Below, in pieces: positions 1-9,567 of a stretch of DNA of 64,000 bases. Under the pieces are notes generated by a model, which worked only from the letters and a program-made list of their open reading frames with translations, was not told where the DNA came from and did not search any database. Source of the DNA: an uncultured Planctomycetia bacterium. Lineage in GTDB: Bacteria; Omnitrophota; Gorgyraeia; Tantalellales; Tantalellaceae. Positions within the stretch are counted from its first letter, which is position 1; the number at the start of each line of letters is the position of its first letter. Location of the stretch: contig CAZNEE010000003.1 of assembly GCA_964572255.1 (NCBI GenBank), positions 25,258 to 89,257 of the forward strand, in the 5' to 3' direction. The position numbers and the translations under genes are program-made.

Positions 1-516
1 AGCAAACGTCTTCTCATGCTTCTGGGGAATAAAAAGAGGATCGTATCCGAATCCGCTTCTGCCTTTAGGGTTAAACGCTATTTTCCCTTTAGCTATCCCC
101 TCAAAATTCCCAAGCAGTATCCCGTCTTTAGCCAAAGCGATGTTGCAGACGAATTTTGCGCGCCTTTTTTTCTCGGAAGTATTTCCGAGAAGATTAAGGA
201 GTTTTTGGTTATTTTCCTTATCGGTAGCGTTTTTTCTTACAAACCTGGCGGATCTTACCCCCGGCCTGCCGCCGAGTGCTTCTACTTCAATCCCGGAATC
301 ATCCGCAAGGACAAGCCCATCAAAAAATCTCGATATAGTGACGGCTTTCTTGACCGAATTCTGGCGGAAGGTTCTCCCGTCTTCAACAATAATAGGCGGT
401 AAGACATCGAGGTCATCAAGATTCATGACTCTTATCCCTTTGAATTCTTTCAAAAGCGCTTTGATCTCGCTTCTTTTCTTACTGTTATGCGTAGCCACTA
501 ATATCTTTGTCTTCAT
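1..516 (-). CDS. rdgB: dITP/XTP pyrophosphatase RdgB/Ham1 (3' end outside window)
   Basis: Reverse-strand translation starts [22 protein letters not shown] and contains FGYDPLFIPQ, the Ham1 family signatures. It overlaps the rph stop by one nucleotide (ATGA), and rph-rdgB is a classic gene pair. Confidence 0.85.
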   Translation of the reverse strand, partial: MKTKILVATHNSKKRSEIKALLKEFKGIRVMNLDDLDVLPPIIVEDGRTFRQNSVKKAVTISRFFDGLVLADDSGIEVEALGGRPGVRSARFVRKNATDKENNQKLLNLLGNTSEKKRRAKFVCNIALAKDGILLGNFEGIAKGKIAFNPKGRSGFGYDPLFIPQKHEKTFA

Positions 517-1241
517 CAAAATACTCCTTTCAACGCTTCTTTTTGCTTGCTTATCAAGCTCTTTATCCCTTTTTGCGCTAAGCTCAACATACCATCCATT
601 TTATCAGAAGTGAAAGGTTCTCTTTCAGCCGTACCCTGCACCTCTATGAACTTGCCCTCTCCTGTCATGACAACATTCATGTCCACTTCAGCCTGTGAAT
701 CTTCATCATAAGTAAGATCAAGATAACTTTTATCTTCCACCACGCCAACGCTTATAGCGGCAACATAATCATTAACCGGTAGAGCATCAAATAATCCTTC
801 TTTTTTAAGCTTGTTAAGCGCCAGGCTCAACGCCACGAAACTGCCTGTAATACTCGCGCAACGCGTACCGCCGTCAGCTTGTATCACATCGCAGTCAAGC
901 CATATGGTCCTTTCCCCGAGCGCATCCAAGTCAACAACGCTTCTCATCGACCTGCCGATAAGCCGTTGTATCTCATGAGTCCTTCCGCCTGTCTTCCCTC
1001 TTGATGATTCTCTCATAACCCGCGTCTTGCATGAACGCGGGAGCATACCATACTCCGAAGTTATCCATCCTGTCTCCTGCCCGCGCAAAAAAGGCGGCAC
1101 GCCGTCCTCGATGCTGGCAGTACATATAACCTTGGTATTACCGATCTCTATAAGGCATGAACCTTCGGCATACTTTGTATAATTAGTTTTTATTGACACC
1201 TTCCGTATGCCGTTCGCCAGTCTTCCGTCGCTACGCATCAA
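516..1241 (-). CDS. rph: Ribonuclease PH
   Basis: The 241-aa ORF carries RNase PH motifs such as [31 protein letters not shown] and [13 protein letters not shown]. Confidence 0.9.
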   Translation of the reverse strand: MMRSDGRLANGIRKVSIKTNYTKYAEGSCLIEIGNTKVICTASIEDGVPPFLRGQETGWITSEYGMLPRSCKTRVMRESSRGKTGGRTHEIQRLIGRSMRSVVDLDALGERTIWLDCDVIQADGGTRCASITGSFVALSLALNKLKKEGLFDALPVNDYVAAISVGVVEDKSYLDLTYDEDSQAEVDMNVVMTGEGKFIEVQGTAEREPFTSDKMDGMLSLAQKGIKSLISKQKEALKGVF

Positions 1242-1250
1242 ACCTCTCCT

Positions 1251-1835
1251 TTATATATCCCGGTAAATATCCCGGCCCTTTGAATCGATCCCTACTATAA
1301 CAGGAAAATCTTTTACTTCCAATCTATATATCGCTTCCGGCCCGAGATCACTAAACGCGACTACTTCGCTTTTTTTTACTTTCGTGCTCAAATAAGCACC
1401 CGCTCCCGCAGGCGCAACAAAATAAACAGCCTTATGTTTTTTTATGGAATTCCTCACCTCATCCGATCTTTTCCCTTTGCCGATCAACCCTTTGGCGCCT
1501 AATGAAAGGATCTTCGGGGTAAAAGGATCCATCCGGCCCGAAGTTGTAGGCCCGCAAGAACCGATGGGCCTATTGCGTGAAGGCGCCGGGCCGCAATAAT
1601 AAATGATCTGTCCTTCCAGATCGAACGGAAGTTCTTTTTTATTTTCCATCAGTTCGCACAACCTGAGATGCGCCTGATCTCTTGCGGTGTATATCGCGCC
1701 TGAAAGCAAAGCTTCATCCCCTGCCCTCAACGAGGAAATAGTTTTGTAGTCTAAAGGCGTTTGTATGTGTTTTACGTCTTTCATTTTTATGATTATTACA
1801 GTTTCCTGCTTGCGCTTCTCAGGGCATGGCAGCAT
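1251..1835 (-). CDS. Class I Fe-S fumarate hydratase (hydro-lyase), beta subunit
   Basis: Tartrate/fumarate-type Fe-S hydrolyase beta-region motifs are present (GQIIYYCGPAP, GKGKRSDEV, VYFVAPAGAGAYL). The true start is probably the internal MKDVKH near 1784, because the listed start overlaps the alpha subunit by 40 nt. Confidence 0.8.
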   Translation of the reverse strand: MLPCPEKRKQETVIIIKMKDVKHIQTPLDYKTISSLRAGDEALLSGAIYTARDQAHLRLCELMENKKELPFDLEGQIIYYCGPAPSRNRPIGSCGPTTSGRMDPFTPKILSLGAKGLIGKGKRSDEVRNSIKKHKAVYFVAPAGAGAYLSTKVKKSEVVAFSDLGPEAIYRLEVKDFPVIVGIDSKGRDIYRDI

Positions 1836-2638
1836 ATATTTATAGTTATCGGCAGACCCGCTATATGTGTCGGGGCTTCCAATATACCAACACCCAAAAC
1901 TGTTGCGCCCCCGCCAAGACCCATTACGCCTATATTAAGAGCATTGCACTTATCTTTTATCTCTTTTTCCAGTTCGGCGATATGCTCTTTAGGGTTAGCT
2001 TCATCAATAGATCTTAAAAGCGCTTTTTTTGCCAGGTAAGCGCTCATCTCCATTGTCCCGCCCAAGCCTATACCCATGACATACGGAGGGCATGCATCAG
2101 GACCAGCTGTTTTTACGGTTTCTACGCAAAAATCCACTATCTCTTTTTTGCCTGCTGTGGGATTCAACATGGCCATTTTACTTTTATTCTCCGCGCCAAA
2201 CCCCTTAGGTATAACAGATATCTCTATCTTTTCTCCGTCAACGATCTCTGTATGCAGAACGGCAGGCGTGTTATTGCCGGTATTTTTTCGTTTAATAGGA
2301 TCCTCAACAACAGAATTTCTGAAACACCCTTCAGCATATGCTTCGGAAACCCCTCTATTGATGGCATCATTAAGATTACCGCCTTTAATGGCCACGTCTT
2401 TGCCTATTTCCAAAAATATGGCTACCATGCCGGTATCCTGGCAGATAGGAAGCATTTCTTTTTCCGCTATTTCAGCATTTTCAAGAAGTATGCCGAGCAT
2501 TTCCCTGGCTTTTTCCTCGGTCTCTTGATCGTAAGCATTTTTAATGGCTTTTAACATATCGTTTCTTAAAACAGTATTAGCCTTTATGCAGAGATCTTTG
2601 ACTTCTTTCTCTATAACTGATACATCGACATCACGCAT
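1796..2638 (-). CDS. Class I Fe-S fumarate hydratase, alpha subunit
   Basis: The 280-aa ORF contains LPICQDTGMVAIFLEIG and other cysteine-ligand motifs of the FumA/TtdA N-terminal catalytic domain, and it sits adjacent to the beta subunit. Confidence 0.8.
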   Translation of the reverse strand: MRDVDVSVIEKEVKDLCIKANTVLRNDMLKAIKNAYDQETEEKAREMLGILLENAEIAEKEMLPICQDTGMVAIFLEIGKDVAIKGGNLNDAINRGVSEAYAEGCFRNSVVEDPIKRKNTGNNTPAVLHTEIVDGEKIEISVIPKGFGAENKSKMAMLNPTAGKKEIVDFCVETVKTAGPDACPPYVMGIGLGGTMEMSAYLAKKALLRSIDEANPKEHIAELEKEIKDKCNALNIGVMGLGGGATVLGVGILEAPTHIAGLPITINICCHALRSASRKL

Positions 2639-3446
2639 AATTATATAGATCCACCCTTTTTATATCGATCTTCTCTCTTAAGAATATATGAGCGACCTTG
2701 CGGAAAGCCTTTGGATCATCACTCACATAATAAACCGCTTTCCCTCTTTTCTTATTCCTGTCCGACTGCATATTCTTTGAGATAAGGATCTCCTTTACTC
2801 TTTTGGCCACAGCAGTTGAAGAGTCCACAAGTTTCACTCCTTTCATCGTCCTCCCGATAAGGCCTTTAAGAAGAGGATAATGCGTACAGCCGAGAATAAG
2901 AGCATCAATATTTTTTTTCATCAACGGTTTTAAGTATTTACGCACGACCTGTTCGGTAATCTCGCCATTAAGGAATTTATTTTCAACCAGCGGCACGAAA
3001 AGCGGACAGCTGGCTGAAAAAAGTTTATAGGATCTGCCGAGCCTCTTGAGCTCTTTATTATACGAACCGCTGGAAATAGTTGAATCTGTTCCTATAACAC
3101 CGATGCGCTTACTTTTTGTTGCAGCAATAGCTTCCTTAACTCCCGGATTTATAACACCTACGACCGGTATCGGGTAATGGCTCTTTAAAACGGATAAACT
3201 CAAGCTTGATGCGGTATTACAAGCCACGACTGCCATCTTAACCCGTTTCTTCATCATGAATTCCATTATCTCACGAGAAAAACGTATAATGGTCGAACGT
3301 GACTTGTTGCCGTAAGGAACTCTCGCAGTATCTCCAAAATATATAATATCCTCATTGGGAAGATACCTGCGTACGCTTTTAGCAACTGTCAACCCGCCGA
3401 CACCCGAATCGAATATACCGATCGGCCTGTTCCTTCCAGATTTCAT
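2631..3446 (-). CDS. murI: Glutamate racemase
   Basis: IGIFDSGVGGLTV, VVACNTAS and LGCTHYPLL are hallmark MurI motifs. Confidence 0.9.
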   Translation of the reverse strand: MKSGRNRPIGIFDSGVGGLTVAKSVRRYLPNEDIIYFGDTARVPYGNKSRSTIIRFSREIMEFMMKKRVKMAVVACNTASSLSLSVLKSHYPIPVVGVINPGVKEAIAATKSKRIGVIGTDSTISSGSYNKELKRLGRSYKLFSASCPLFVPLVENKFLNGEITEQVVRKYLKPLMKKNIDALILGCTHYPLLKGLIGRTMKGVKLVDSSTAVAKRVKEILISKNMQSDRNKKRGKAVYYVSDDPKAFRKVAHIFLREKIDIKRVDLYNYA

Positions 3447-3541
3447 TGGTTTATTATAATATAGGATATGTAAGAGGTAAAGGATATATAAGAATATAAG
3501 CGACGGGAGATTTGCTTAAGGCGATTATATCTTTTTCCGTT

Positions 3542-4204
3542 CTAAAGTTTCCGGTGCTTGACTACCTTTGCCTGGACCATGTATATGACGTCTTCGGCTA
3601 TGTTTGTGGCATGATCGCATATTCTTTCAAGGTGTCTCGCGACCAAAAGAAGCGGCACTGCCCTTGTAGCAGTTGTTCCGTCTTTGACCATATAATCGTT
3701 GATAAGTTCTTCCTGTACGGCCTTTTTCAGCGCGTTGGCTCGCGGATCCATCAGAATTATCTCTTTTGCAAGTTTCTCATCCATATTCACGAACGCATCT
3801 ATAGCGCCTTTTATCATTTTTCTTGCCATTTCCGATAGTTTAGGAATATCTATCATCGGTTTAAGTAAAGGTTTGTCGGCTATTTCTACAGCACGCTGGG
3901 CTATATTGACAGCCAGGTCCGCCATTCTTTCAAGTTCGGCGTTTATCTTCATCCCGGTGGTTATGAACCTGAGGTCCACGGCCATCGGCTGTCTTAATGC
4001 CAATAGTTCTATAGCGTTTTCCTCTATGATGTTTTCCATCTCATCTATCCTGTTGTCTCCGTCAATGACTTCCCGGGCCAGGAGTTTATCTCTGTTCTTT
4101 ATGGCTTCCACGGATTTATAGATAGCCTCCTCTACAAGGGAGTCCATCTTCATGAGGTTCATCTTGAGTTTTGTCAGTTCCTCGTCGAAATGTCTTTCTG
4201 CCAT
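3542..4204 (-). CDS. phoU: Phosphate transport system regulator PhoU
   Basis: The 220-aa ORF has the duplicated PhoU repeat architecture (DLRFITTGMKINAELERMADLA ... ARHLERICDHATNIAE). It lies directly downstream of pstB. Confidence 0.9.
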   Translation of the reverse strand: MAERHFDEELTKLKMNLMKMDSLVEEAIYKSVEAIKNRDKLLAREVIDGDNRIDEMENIIEENAIELLALRQPMAVDLRFITTGMKINAELERMADLAVNIAQRAVEIADKPLLKPMIDIPKLSEMARKMIKGAIDAFVNMDEKLAKEIILMDPRANALKKAVQEELINDYMVKDGTTATRAVPLLLVARHLERICDHATNIAEDVIYMVQAKVVKHRKL

Positions 4205-4236
4205 TATCCACCTGCCTTTTTAAAATGCCCGATAGG

Positions 4237-4995
4237 TCATCCGAACCTTCCGGTAATATATTCTTCTGTTATCTTTTTGGAGGGGCTGGTAAACATCTTG
4301 CTTGTGGCATCATATTCTACCAGTTCTCCCATCATGAAAAAAGCCGTATAATCCGAGATCCTTGCCGCCTGCTGCATGTTATGCGTGACTATGACTATAG
4401 TGTATTTTTCCTTAAGCTCCTGTATAAGTTCTTCTATCTTGGCGGTCGCGGTCGGATCGAGAGCGGACGCGGGTTCATCCATAAGGATGACTTCCGGCTC
4501 AACGGCTAAAGCCCTCGCTATACATAGCCTCTGCTGCTGCCCTCCAGAAAGATCAAAGGCGCTTTTATCTAGCCTGTCCTTCACTTCGCTCCAGAGAGCC
4601 GCGTCTTTAAGACTTTTTTCTACCCTCTCCGCGATGAAATTTTTGTCTTTCTTTCCGTTGATCTTAAGGCCATAAGCCACATTCTCAAAAATACTTTTCG
4701 GGAAAGGATTGGATTTTTGGAAAACCATTCCTACTTTGCGCCTTATCTCAACTACATCCACCCCGGGGTCGAATATATTCTGCCCGTCAAGTAGAACGGT
4801 CCCTTCATATCTTGACCCAAGTATCACATCGTTCATCCTGTTAAGACTCCGTAAAAACGTCGATTTCCCGCATCCTGACGGACCGATAATGCCCAATACT
4901 TTGTTCTTATAAATATCCACCGAGACATCAGAAAGGGCCTTATGGTCTCCGTAATAAAAATTAAATTTCTCGGCTTTTATCTTGGTGTCTTCCAT
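4237..4995 (-). CDS. pstB: Phosphate ABC transporter ATP-binding protein PstB
   Basis: Walker [10 protein letters not shown], signature [14 protein letters not shown], and the PstB-specific N-terminus. Confidence 0.92.
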   Translation of the reverse strand: MEDTKIKAEKFNFYYGDHKALSDVSVDIYKNKVLGIIGPSGCGKSTFLRSLNRMNDVILGSRYEGTVLLDGQNIFDPGVDVVEIRRKVGMVFQKSNPFPKSIFENVAYGLKINGKKDKNFIAERVEKSLKDAALWSEVKDRLDKSAFDLSGGQQQRLCIARALAVEPEVILMDEPASALDPTATAKIEELIQELKEKYTIVIVTHNMQQAARISDYTAFFMMGELVEYDATSKMFTSPSKKITEEYITGRFG

Positions 4996-4997
4996 GT

Positions 4998-5852
4998 CTA
5001 TTCCTTTTTTACTTTTCTTAGACGGTATCTCAACACTATCGCGAACAGGTTCATGGAAAATATAAGCGCAATAAGGACAAGCGCTGTCGCGTACGCAATG
5101 GGCCTCACTTGAGATATCGCGTGATGCTGGGTCGCCATTATATACAGGTGATACGGAAGCGCCATGAACTGGTCAAATAGCGACCTGGGCAGAAACGGCA
5201 GAAAAAAAGCCGCACCCGTAAACAGTATTGGAGCTGTTTCTCCGGCGGCGCGCGCCAAGCCCAGAATAGTCCCGGTAAGCATACCCGGCACCGCGTACGG
5301 CAATACATTCGTCCTTATAGCTTTCCATTTCGTAGCCCCTAATGCCAGAGCGCCGTCCCTGTAAGATTGAGGAACATTCTTAAGCGCTTCTTCACTTGCC
5401 GTAATCGTCCAGGGCAATGTCATGAGACCCAAAGTCAATCCTGCCGCCAGAACACAGGTCCCAAGATGCATAAGCTGTACAAAAAGAACTACGCCAAAAA
5501 GACCGTATACGATCGACGGCACTCCTGATAAGTTCCTTATGGACATCCTTATAAGCCTTGTCATTTTGCTGTCCCTGGCATATTCGTTAAGATAAATGGC
5601 GCATCCCATCCCCATCGGAACAGCCAAAAACGCGGTTATGACGGTTACCAGAAAAGTGCCAACTATCGCAGGTAAGATCCCGCCTTCGGTCATGCCTTTT
5701 CTCGGCGGTTCGGTCAAAAATTCCCAGCTTATTTTGCCTGCGCCTTTCGTTACTATGTCGAACAAGATGATCAAAAGAGCAATAACAACTATCCCCATGC
5801 ATAGCCTCAATATATTAAAACCGATATTTTCCGATATTCTTTTCCTGTTCAT
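4998..5852 (-). CDS. pstA: Phosphate ABC transporter permease PstA
   Basis: Polytopic permease with the ABC TMD EAA-like motif ([21 protein letters not shown]). It sits between pstC and pstB. Confidence 0.85.
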   Translation of the reverse strand: MNRKRISENIGFNILRLCMGIVVIALLIILFDIVTKGAGKISWEFLTEPPRKGMTEGGILPAIVGTFLVTVITAFLAVPMGMGCAIYLNEYARDSKMTRLIRMSIRNLSGVPSIVYGLFGVVLFVQLMHLGTCVLAAGLTLGLMTLPWTITASEEALKNVPQSYRDGALALGATKWKAIRTNVLPYAVPGMLTGTILGLARAAGETAPILFTGAAFFLPFLPRSLFDQFMALPYHLYIMATQHHAISQVRPIAYATALVLIALIFSMNLFAIVLRYRLRKVKKE

Positions 5853-6733
5853 CGCACTTTGACCTTATATTTATGCAGTACAATATCCGAGACCATATTG
5901 ACCGTGAAAGTAATAATAAAAAGTACAAGTCCGACGCCAAAAAGCGCGTAATAATGCGTTGTATAGTAAGGCACTTCTCCCAGTTCAATAGCTATTGTGG
6001 ACGTCATAGTCCTTACGGAATCAAGGAAACCCCTTGGCATCGCCGGAGCGCAGCCGGTAGCCATTAAAACGGTCATGGTTTCTCCGACGGCTCTGCCCAT
6101 GCCCAGCATACATGCGGCGAAGATCCCGGATATTGCCGCCGGGATCTTGACTTTGATAATGGTCTGCCAATGACTGGCTCCCAAAGCAAGGGAAGCTTCA
6201 GTAAAAGATTTTGGCACACTGCCCAGCGCGTCCTCGGATATGCTTATGATGGTAGGCAGTGCCATGATAGCAAGAAGTATTGCCCCGTTCAATGCGTTCA
6301 GTCCGTTGGATATACCGAACACCTTTGCGATTACCGGCCCGACAAGCACTATGCCTAAAAACCCTATAACGACCGAAGGTATTCCGGCTAATATCTCGAT
6401 TACCGGTTTCGCTATTTCTCTCACTCTTGCGCTTGCTATGTCCGAAAGATACGCGGCTGTCCCTATTCCGAGCGGGATGGCGATAATAAGAGCGCCTACC
6501 GTTACCATGAAGGTGCTTACCAGCATGGAAACAATACCGTATGAGGACTTGACATATGAAGTCGGGTTCCAATCCGTGCTCGTAAAGAACTCTTTCAAGC
6601 TGATCTCCATGAAAGCCGGGACCGAAGTAAATACCAGGAGCGCAAATATACCGACGAGCACGATCACCACCAGTAAGCCGTTGAAAAAAAAGAGGCCGTG
6701 GATCATTTTCTCTTTAAATCTCTTTACCATCAC
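5849..6733 (-). CDS. pstC: Phosphate ABC transporter permease PstC
   Basis: The 294-aa polytopic permease carries ASLALGASHWQTIIKVKIPAA and overlaps the pstA start by 4 nt. Confidence 0.85.
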   Translation of the reverse strand: MMVKRFKEKMIHGLFFFNGLLVVIVLVGIFALLVFTSVPAFMEISLKEFFTSTDWNPTSYVKSSYGIVSMLVSTFMVTVGALIIAIPLGIGTAAYLSDIASARVREIAKPVIEILAGIPSVVIGFLGIVLVGPVIAKVFGISNGLNALNGAILLAIMALPTIISISEDALGSVPKSFTEASLALGASHWQTIIKVKIPAAISGIFAACMLGMGRAVGETMTVLMATGCAPAMPRGFLDSVRTMTSTIAIELGEVPYYTTHYYALFGVGLVLFIITFTVNMVSDIVLHKYKVKVR

Positions 6734-6757
6734 GGCCTCCTTCTTCCCTTACGCTGT

Positions 6758-7642
6758 TTAATGCCCTATAGTCTCTTTATTGAAATTGACGTACTCCTGC
6801 GATACCGAAACCGGAAAAAAACCCTCTTCTTCCACTATTCTTTGCCCCTCGGAGCTGAGCTCGAATTTAATAAAATCAAGAACATCTCCTGTCGGGTTTC
6901 CGTTTACATACTGATTAAGGGGTCTGGTCACCGGGTATTTCCCGCTCTTGACATCCTCTATATTAAGCGGACTTCCGTAAGGACCGGCCGTGCTGGAAGC
7001 AACTTTCAATATGGTCACTCCTTTCGCGGTCTTCACGTACCCTACGCCTACATAACCTACGCCTGTTCCATCTGACTTAACAGCTTCTACTATCTGCGCA
7101 TTCCCGTTCATTCTTCTCATCCGCGAAGAATGATCCCCCTTAAGCACCATTTCAACCATAAAGTCAAATGTACCGGAATTAGACTGCCTCCCGTAAAGCG
7201 TGATCGGTTTATTATCCCCCCCGACTTCTTTCCAGTTAGTGATCTCCCCCCTGAAGATCTTCCCTATCTGACCTACCGTAAGCTGTGTGACGGGATTATT
7301 CTCATTAACGATAATGCTTAGGCCGTCTATGGCTACCACTACCCTTTTCGGGGTTATGCCCGCATCAAGCGCCATGGTGACCTCTTTCGACTTCATGAGC
7401 CGTGACGCATCGGCTATATCGCATTTACCGTTAAGAAGAGCCGCTATTCCCGTTCCGGATCCGCCTCCGGTAACCGAGATATATTTACCGGGGTTCTCGC
7501 CCATATAGACCTCGCTCAGCCGCTGCACAAGATTTATCAGCGTGTCAGAACCTTTTATCTGTATCATATCCCTGGCATGCCCTTCCCCGCATAGGAAAAA
7601 GGTCAATGCCGCTACCAACATTAATCGCATATACCCTTTCAT
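6758..7642 (-). CDS. pstS: Phosphate-binding periplasmic protein PstS
   Basis: Signal peptide followed by GSDTLINLVQ ... VTGGGSGTGIAALLNGKCDIADASR, typical of the PstS/PBP superfamily. Confidence 0.88.
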   Translation of the reverse strand: MKGYMRLMLVAALTFFLCGEGHARDMIQIKGSDTLINLVQRLSEVYMGENPGKYISVTGGGSGTGIAALLNGKCDIADASRLMKSKEVTMALDAGITPKRVVVAIDGLSIIVNENNPVTQLTVGQIGKIFRGEITNWKEVGGDNKPITLYGRQSNSGTFDFMVEMVLKGDHSSRMRRMNGNAQIVEAVKSDGTGVGYVGVGYVKTAKGVTILKVASSTAGPYGSPLNIEDVKSGKYPVTRPLNQYVNGNPTGDVLDFIKFELSSEGQRIVEEEGFFPVSVSQEYVNFNKETIGH

Positions 7643-7689
7643 CGGTCCTCTCCTTTGTTATATATTTTAATATAATTATGTTTCTTGCC

Positions 7690-7721
7690 GGTTACAGTTA
7701 TGTGAACTTTATGTGAACTTA
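7690..7721 (-). promoter_or_regulatory. Pho-box-like array upstream of pstS
   Basis: Seen directly: TGTGAAC at 7701-7707 and 7712-7718, with a weaker third copy GTTACAG at 7691-7697, i.e. 7-nt half-sites at 11-bp periodicity. This sits about 45-75 nt upstream of the pstS ATG in the position expected for PhoB operators. Confidence 0.6.
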
Positions 7722-9050
7722 AAATTTTGTCTTAATATCCAGCTGCATAAGCTGGTACGGTTCATCATAGTCATTCGTTAATCCCTTGTTGATGCTTATG
7801 GGCTCCATCCAGTAGTATTCCGCGGAAAGAACCGTATTCTTGAATATCGCATAGTCAATCCCGCAATTTATGCCCTGGCCGCCGGTACCGCCAGCCCGTG
7901 GTCTACCCTGGGGAGTGAATCCATAGAAATCGGAGTCAGGCATAAAATCAGGCACTGCGTCGCGTTCTATATACCTGTATTCCCCCCAGAGCTTCCAATC
8001 TCCCGGCTTTTTCGGCTTTTTAGTGCCGAGATAACATCCAAGCTGCCAGGCAAGTTGATTTTTCGCAGCTTCGGTATTCCAGATAAAATCACCGTAAAGC
8101 CCGTGCCCTAATTCAAAATCAAACAGTTTCTTGCTGTCATAATTAAAGATGAGATCCAGCATGTGGAAGTCATACCTGTAAGTGTTTCCGAGAGCTCCTC
8201 CCCAGAGAGTATTAGTACCTGCCGAATAGTCGTAACCATAACTCTGGTTCCCCTTGATGTTAGCCAACCCGTAATATGCTGTCCCCAGGTTCAATGTCGC
8301 GTCCCAATCCTTTATTATGTCCATTTTCAGGCCGCCCTGCACAACCCACATTAAAGGATCCCTCTGGGAAGTCCCTATCTCGTCCAACCAGAACATTGCG
8401 CCATTGGCATAAAGGTTTGTAGGCACTTCACCGAAATTAAAATTAGGAGACATGTATTGCACAGCTACACCGCCCGGGCAGATATCTCCGTCCCAAAGAA
8501 GTTCTGACTTGACTAACGGATTCCCAAATTTTCCCAGCCAGAGATCACCTGTACCAACTCCTTCGGTAAGTTCCGGCGTCCAATGGATGTAATACTGATC
8601 CAAACGGAAATCGTATGTTTCGAAATCATCGTCCAGTGTCTGGTTGGTAGACCTTGGATCGTTATTTCCGGTTACGGCCAGAATGCCGGCAGACACCTGC
8701 TCGTTGACCTTCCCTTCAACGCCTAACCTGGCTCTTACTCTTTCCCTTATTCTCTCATGCGCAGGGCCCAGTCCTTTACCCCAGTCCGTCTGGGTCCTGA
8801 ACCTCACATCTCCTTTCAACTTTATTTTCTGTGTCCATTCAGGTGCCGTTATTGCCTTGCCTTCCGCCAACTCCTTGGCAGCTTCCTCTTTTGCCTGCGC
8901 CTTCAATATCTGGGCCTCGTATGGAGTAAGAATGCCCTTTTCCACAAGTTTATTAACCAGAATATCCATCTCGCTGGCCCGCGCGCTGCCCGAGCAGAAT
9001 CCAATAATTGAAACCAAAATAAGCATCATGATCGCAATTTTCCTCTTCAT
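7719..9050 (-). CDS. Outer-membrane beta-barrel porin, putative phosphate-selective (OprO/OprP-like)
   Basis: Signal peptide, about 440 aa, an aromatic-rich beta-strand pattern and a C-terminal F. It is located inside the Pho regulon between pstS and phoR. The N-terminus carries one KGILTPxEAQxLKAQ motif. Confidence 0.5.
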   Translation of the reverse strand: MKRKIAIMMLILVSIIGFCSGSARASEMDILVNKLVEKGILTPYEAQILKAQAKEEAAKELAEGKAITAPEWTQKIKLKGDVRFRTQTDWGKGLGPAHERIRERVRARLGVEGKVNEQVSAGILAVTGNNDPRSTNQTLDDDFETYDFRLDQYYIHWTPELTEGVGTGDLWLGKFGNPLVKSELLWDGDICPGGVAVQYMSPNFNFGEVPTNLYANGAMFWLDEIGTSQRDPLMWVVQGGLKMDIIKDWDATLNLGTAYYGLANIKGNQSYGYDYSAGTNTLWGGALGNTYRYDFHMLDLIFNYDSKKLFDFELGHGLYGDFIWNTEAAKNQLAWQLGCYLGTKKPKKPGDWKLWGEYRYIERDAVPDFMPDSDFYGFTPQGRPRAGGTGGQGINCGIDYAIFKNTVLSAEYYWMEPISINKGLTNDYDEPYQLMQLDIKTKF

Positions 9051-9086
9051 TTCTCTCCTTCCTTTTTTTGACGTTTTTCTGTCTTT

Positions 9087-9407
9087 TTATTTTTGCGCAC
9101 AAAGTTCCTTTTTTTTCAACTCTATTTGTGTACAGCTTTTTTCAAAATCCGCATATGTGAACTCGTTGGAACTGTCAATACCGAATATTCCCGGTTGCAG
9201 ATCTGGCCAGTTATCACCCCCTTCCTTTTCTGTGTCATTGCGGAATTTAATCGCGTTTATAAGATCTTCCGATATTTTTTTGCAATACCTAAGGTAGCCT
9301 ACCCCTGTAGCCAGAAATGCCAGTATAACGATTGCCGCGAAAAATCCATACTTTGCGGCGCTATACCACAAATGAAAATCTTCCACCCTGCAGATATTAA
9401 ACATTCC
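9087..9407 (-). CDS. Small membrane protein, hypothetical (Pho-box preceded)
   Basis: The ORF has one predicted TM helix (FFAAIVILAFLATGVGYL). AAGGAGGG precedes an internal MGMFNI start at about 9407. No family was recognised. Confidence 0.4.
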   Translation of the reverse strand, partial: GMFNICRVEDFHLWYSAAKYGFFAAIVILAFLATGVGYLRYCKKISEDLINAIKFRNDTEKEGGDNWPDLQPGIFGIDSSNEFTYADFEKSCTQIELKKKELCAQK

Positions 9408-9480
9408 CATTTTTTCCCTCCTTATATTGATGGTTCTCATCGAATTTCGCTTAAATTGTACATTTTTAATGTGGAGGATT

Positions 9481-9511
9481 TTTTACAAAAAAGTGAACTA
9501 TAAGTGAATTA
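9481..9511 (-). promoter_or_regulatory. Pho-box-like array upstream of small membrane protein gene
   Basis: AGTGAAC at 9492-9498 and AGTGAAT at 9503-9509, plus a weaker TTTTACA at 9481-9487, with 11-bp periodicity. This is the same TTCAC core (minus-strand sense) found upstream of pstS and phoB. Confidence 0.5.
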
Positions 9512-9567
9512 AAATACGGGCATATTTCACCCTGAGGGAAGTGAAAAGCATTAAAAAGATGATGGAA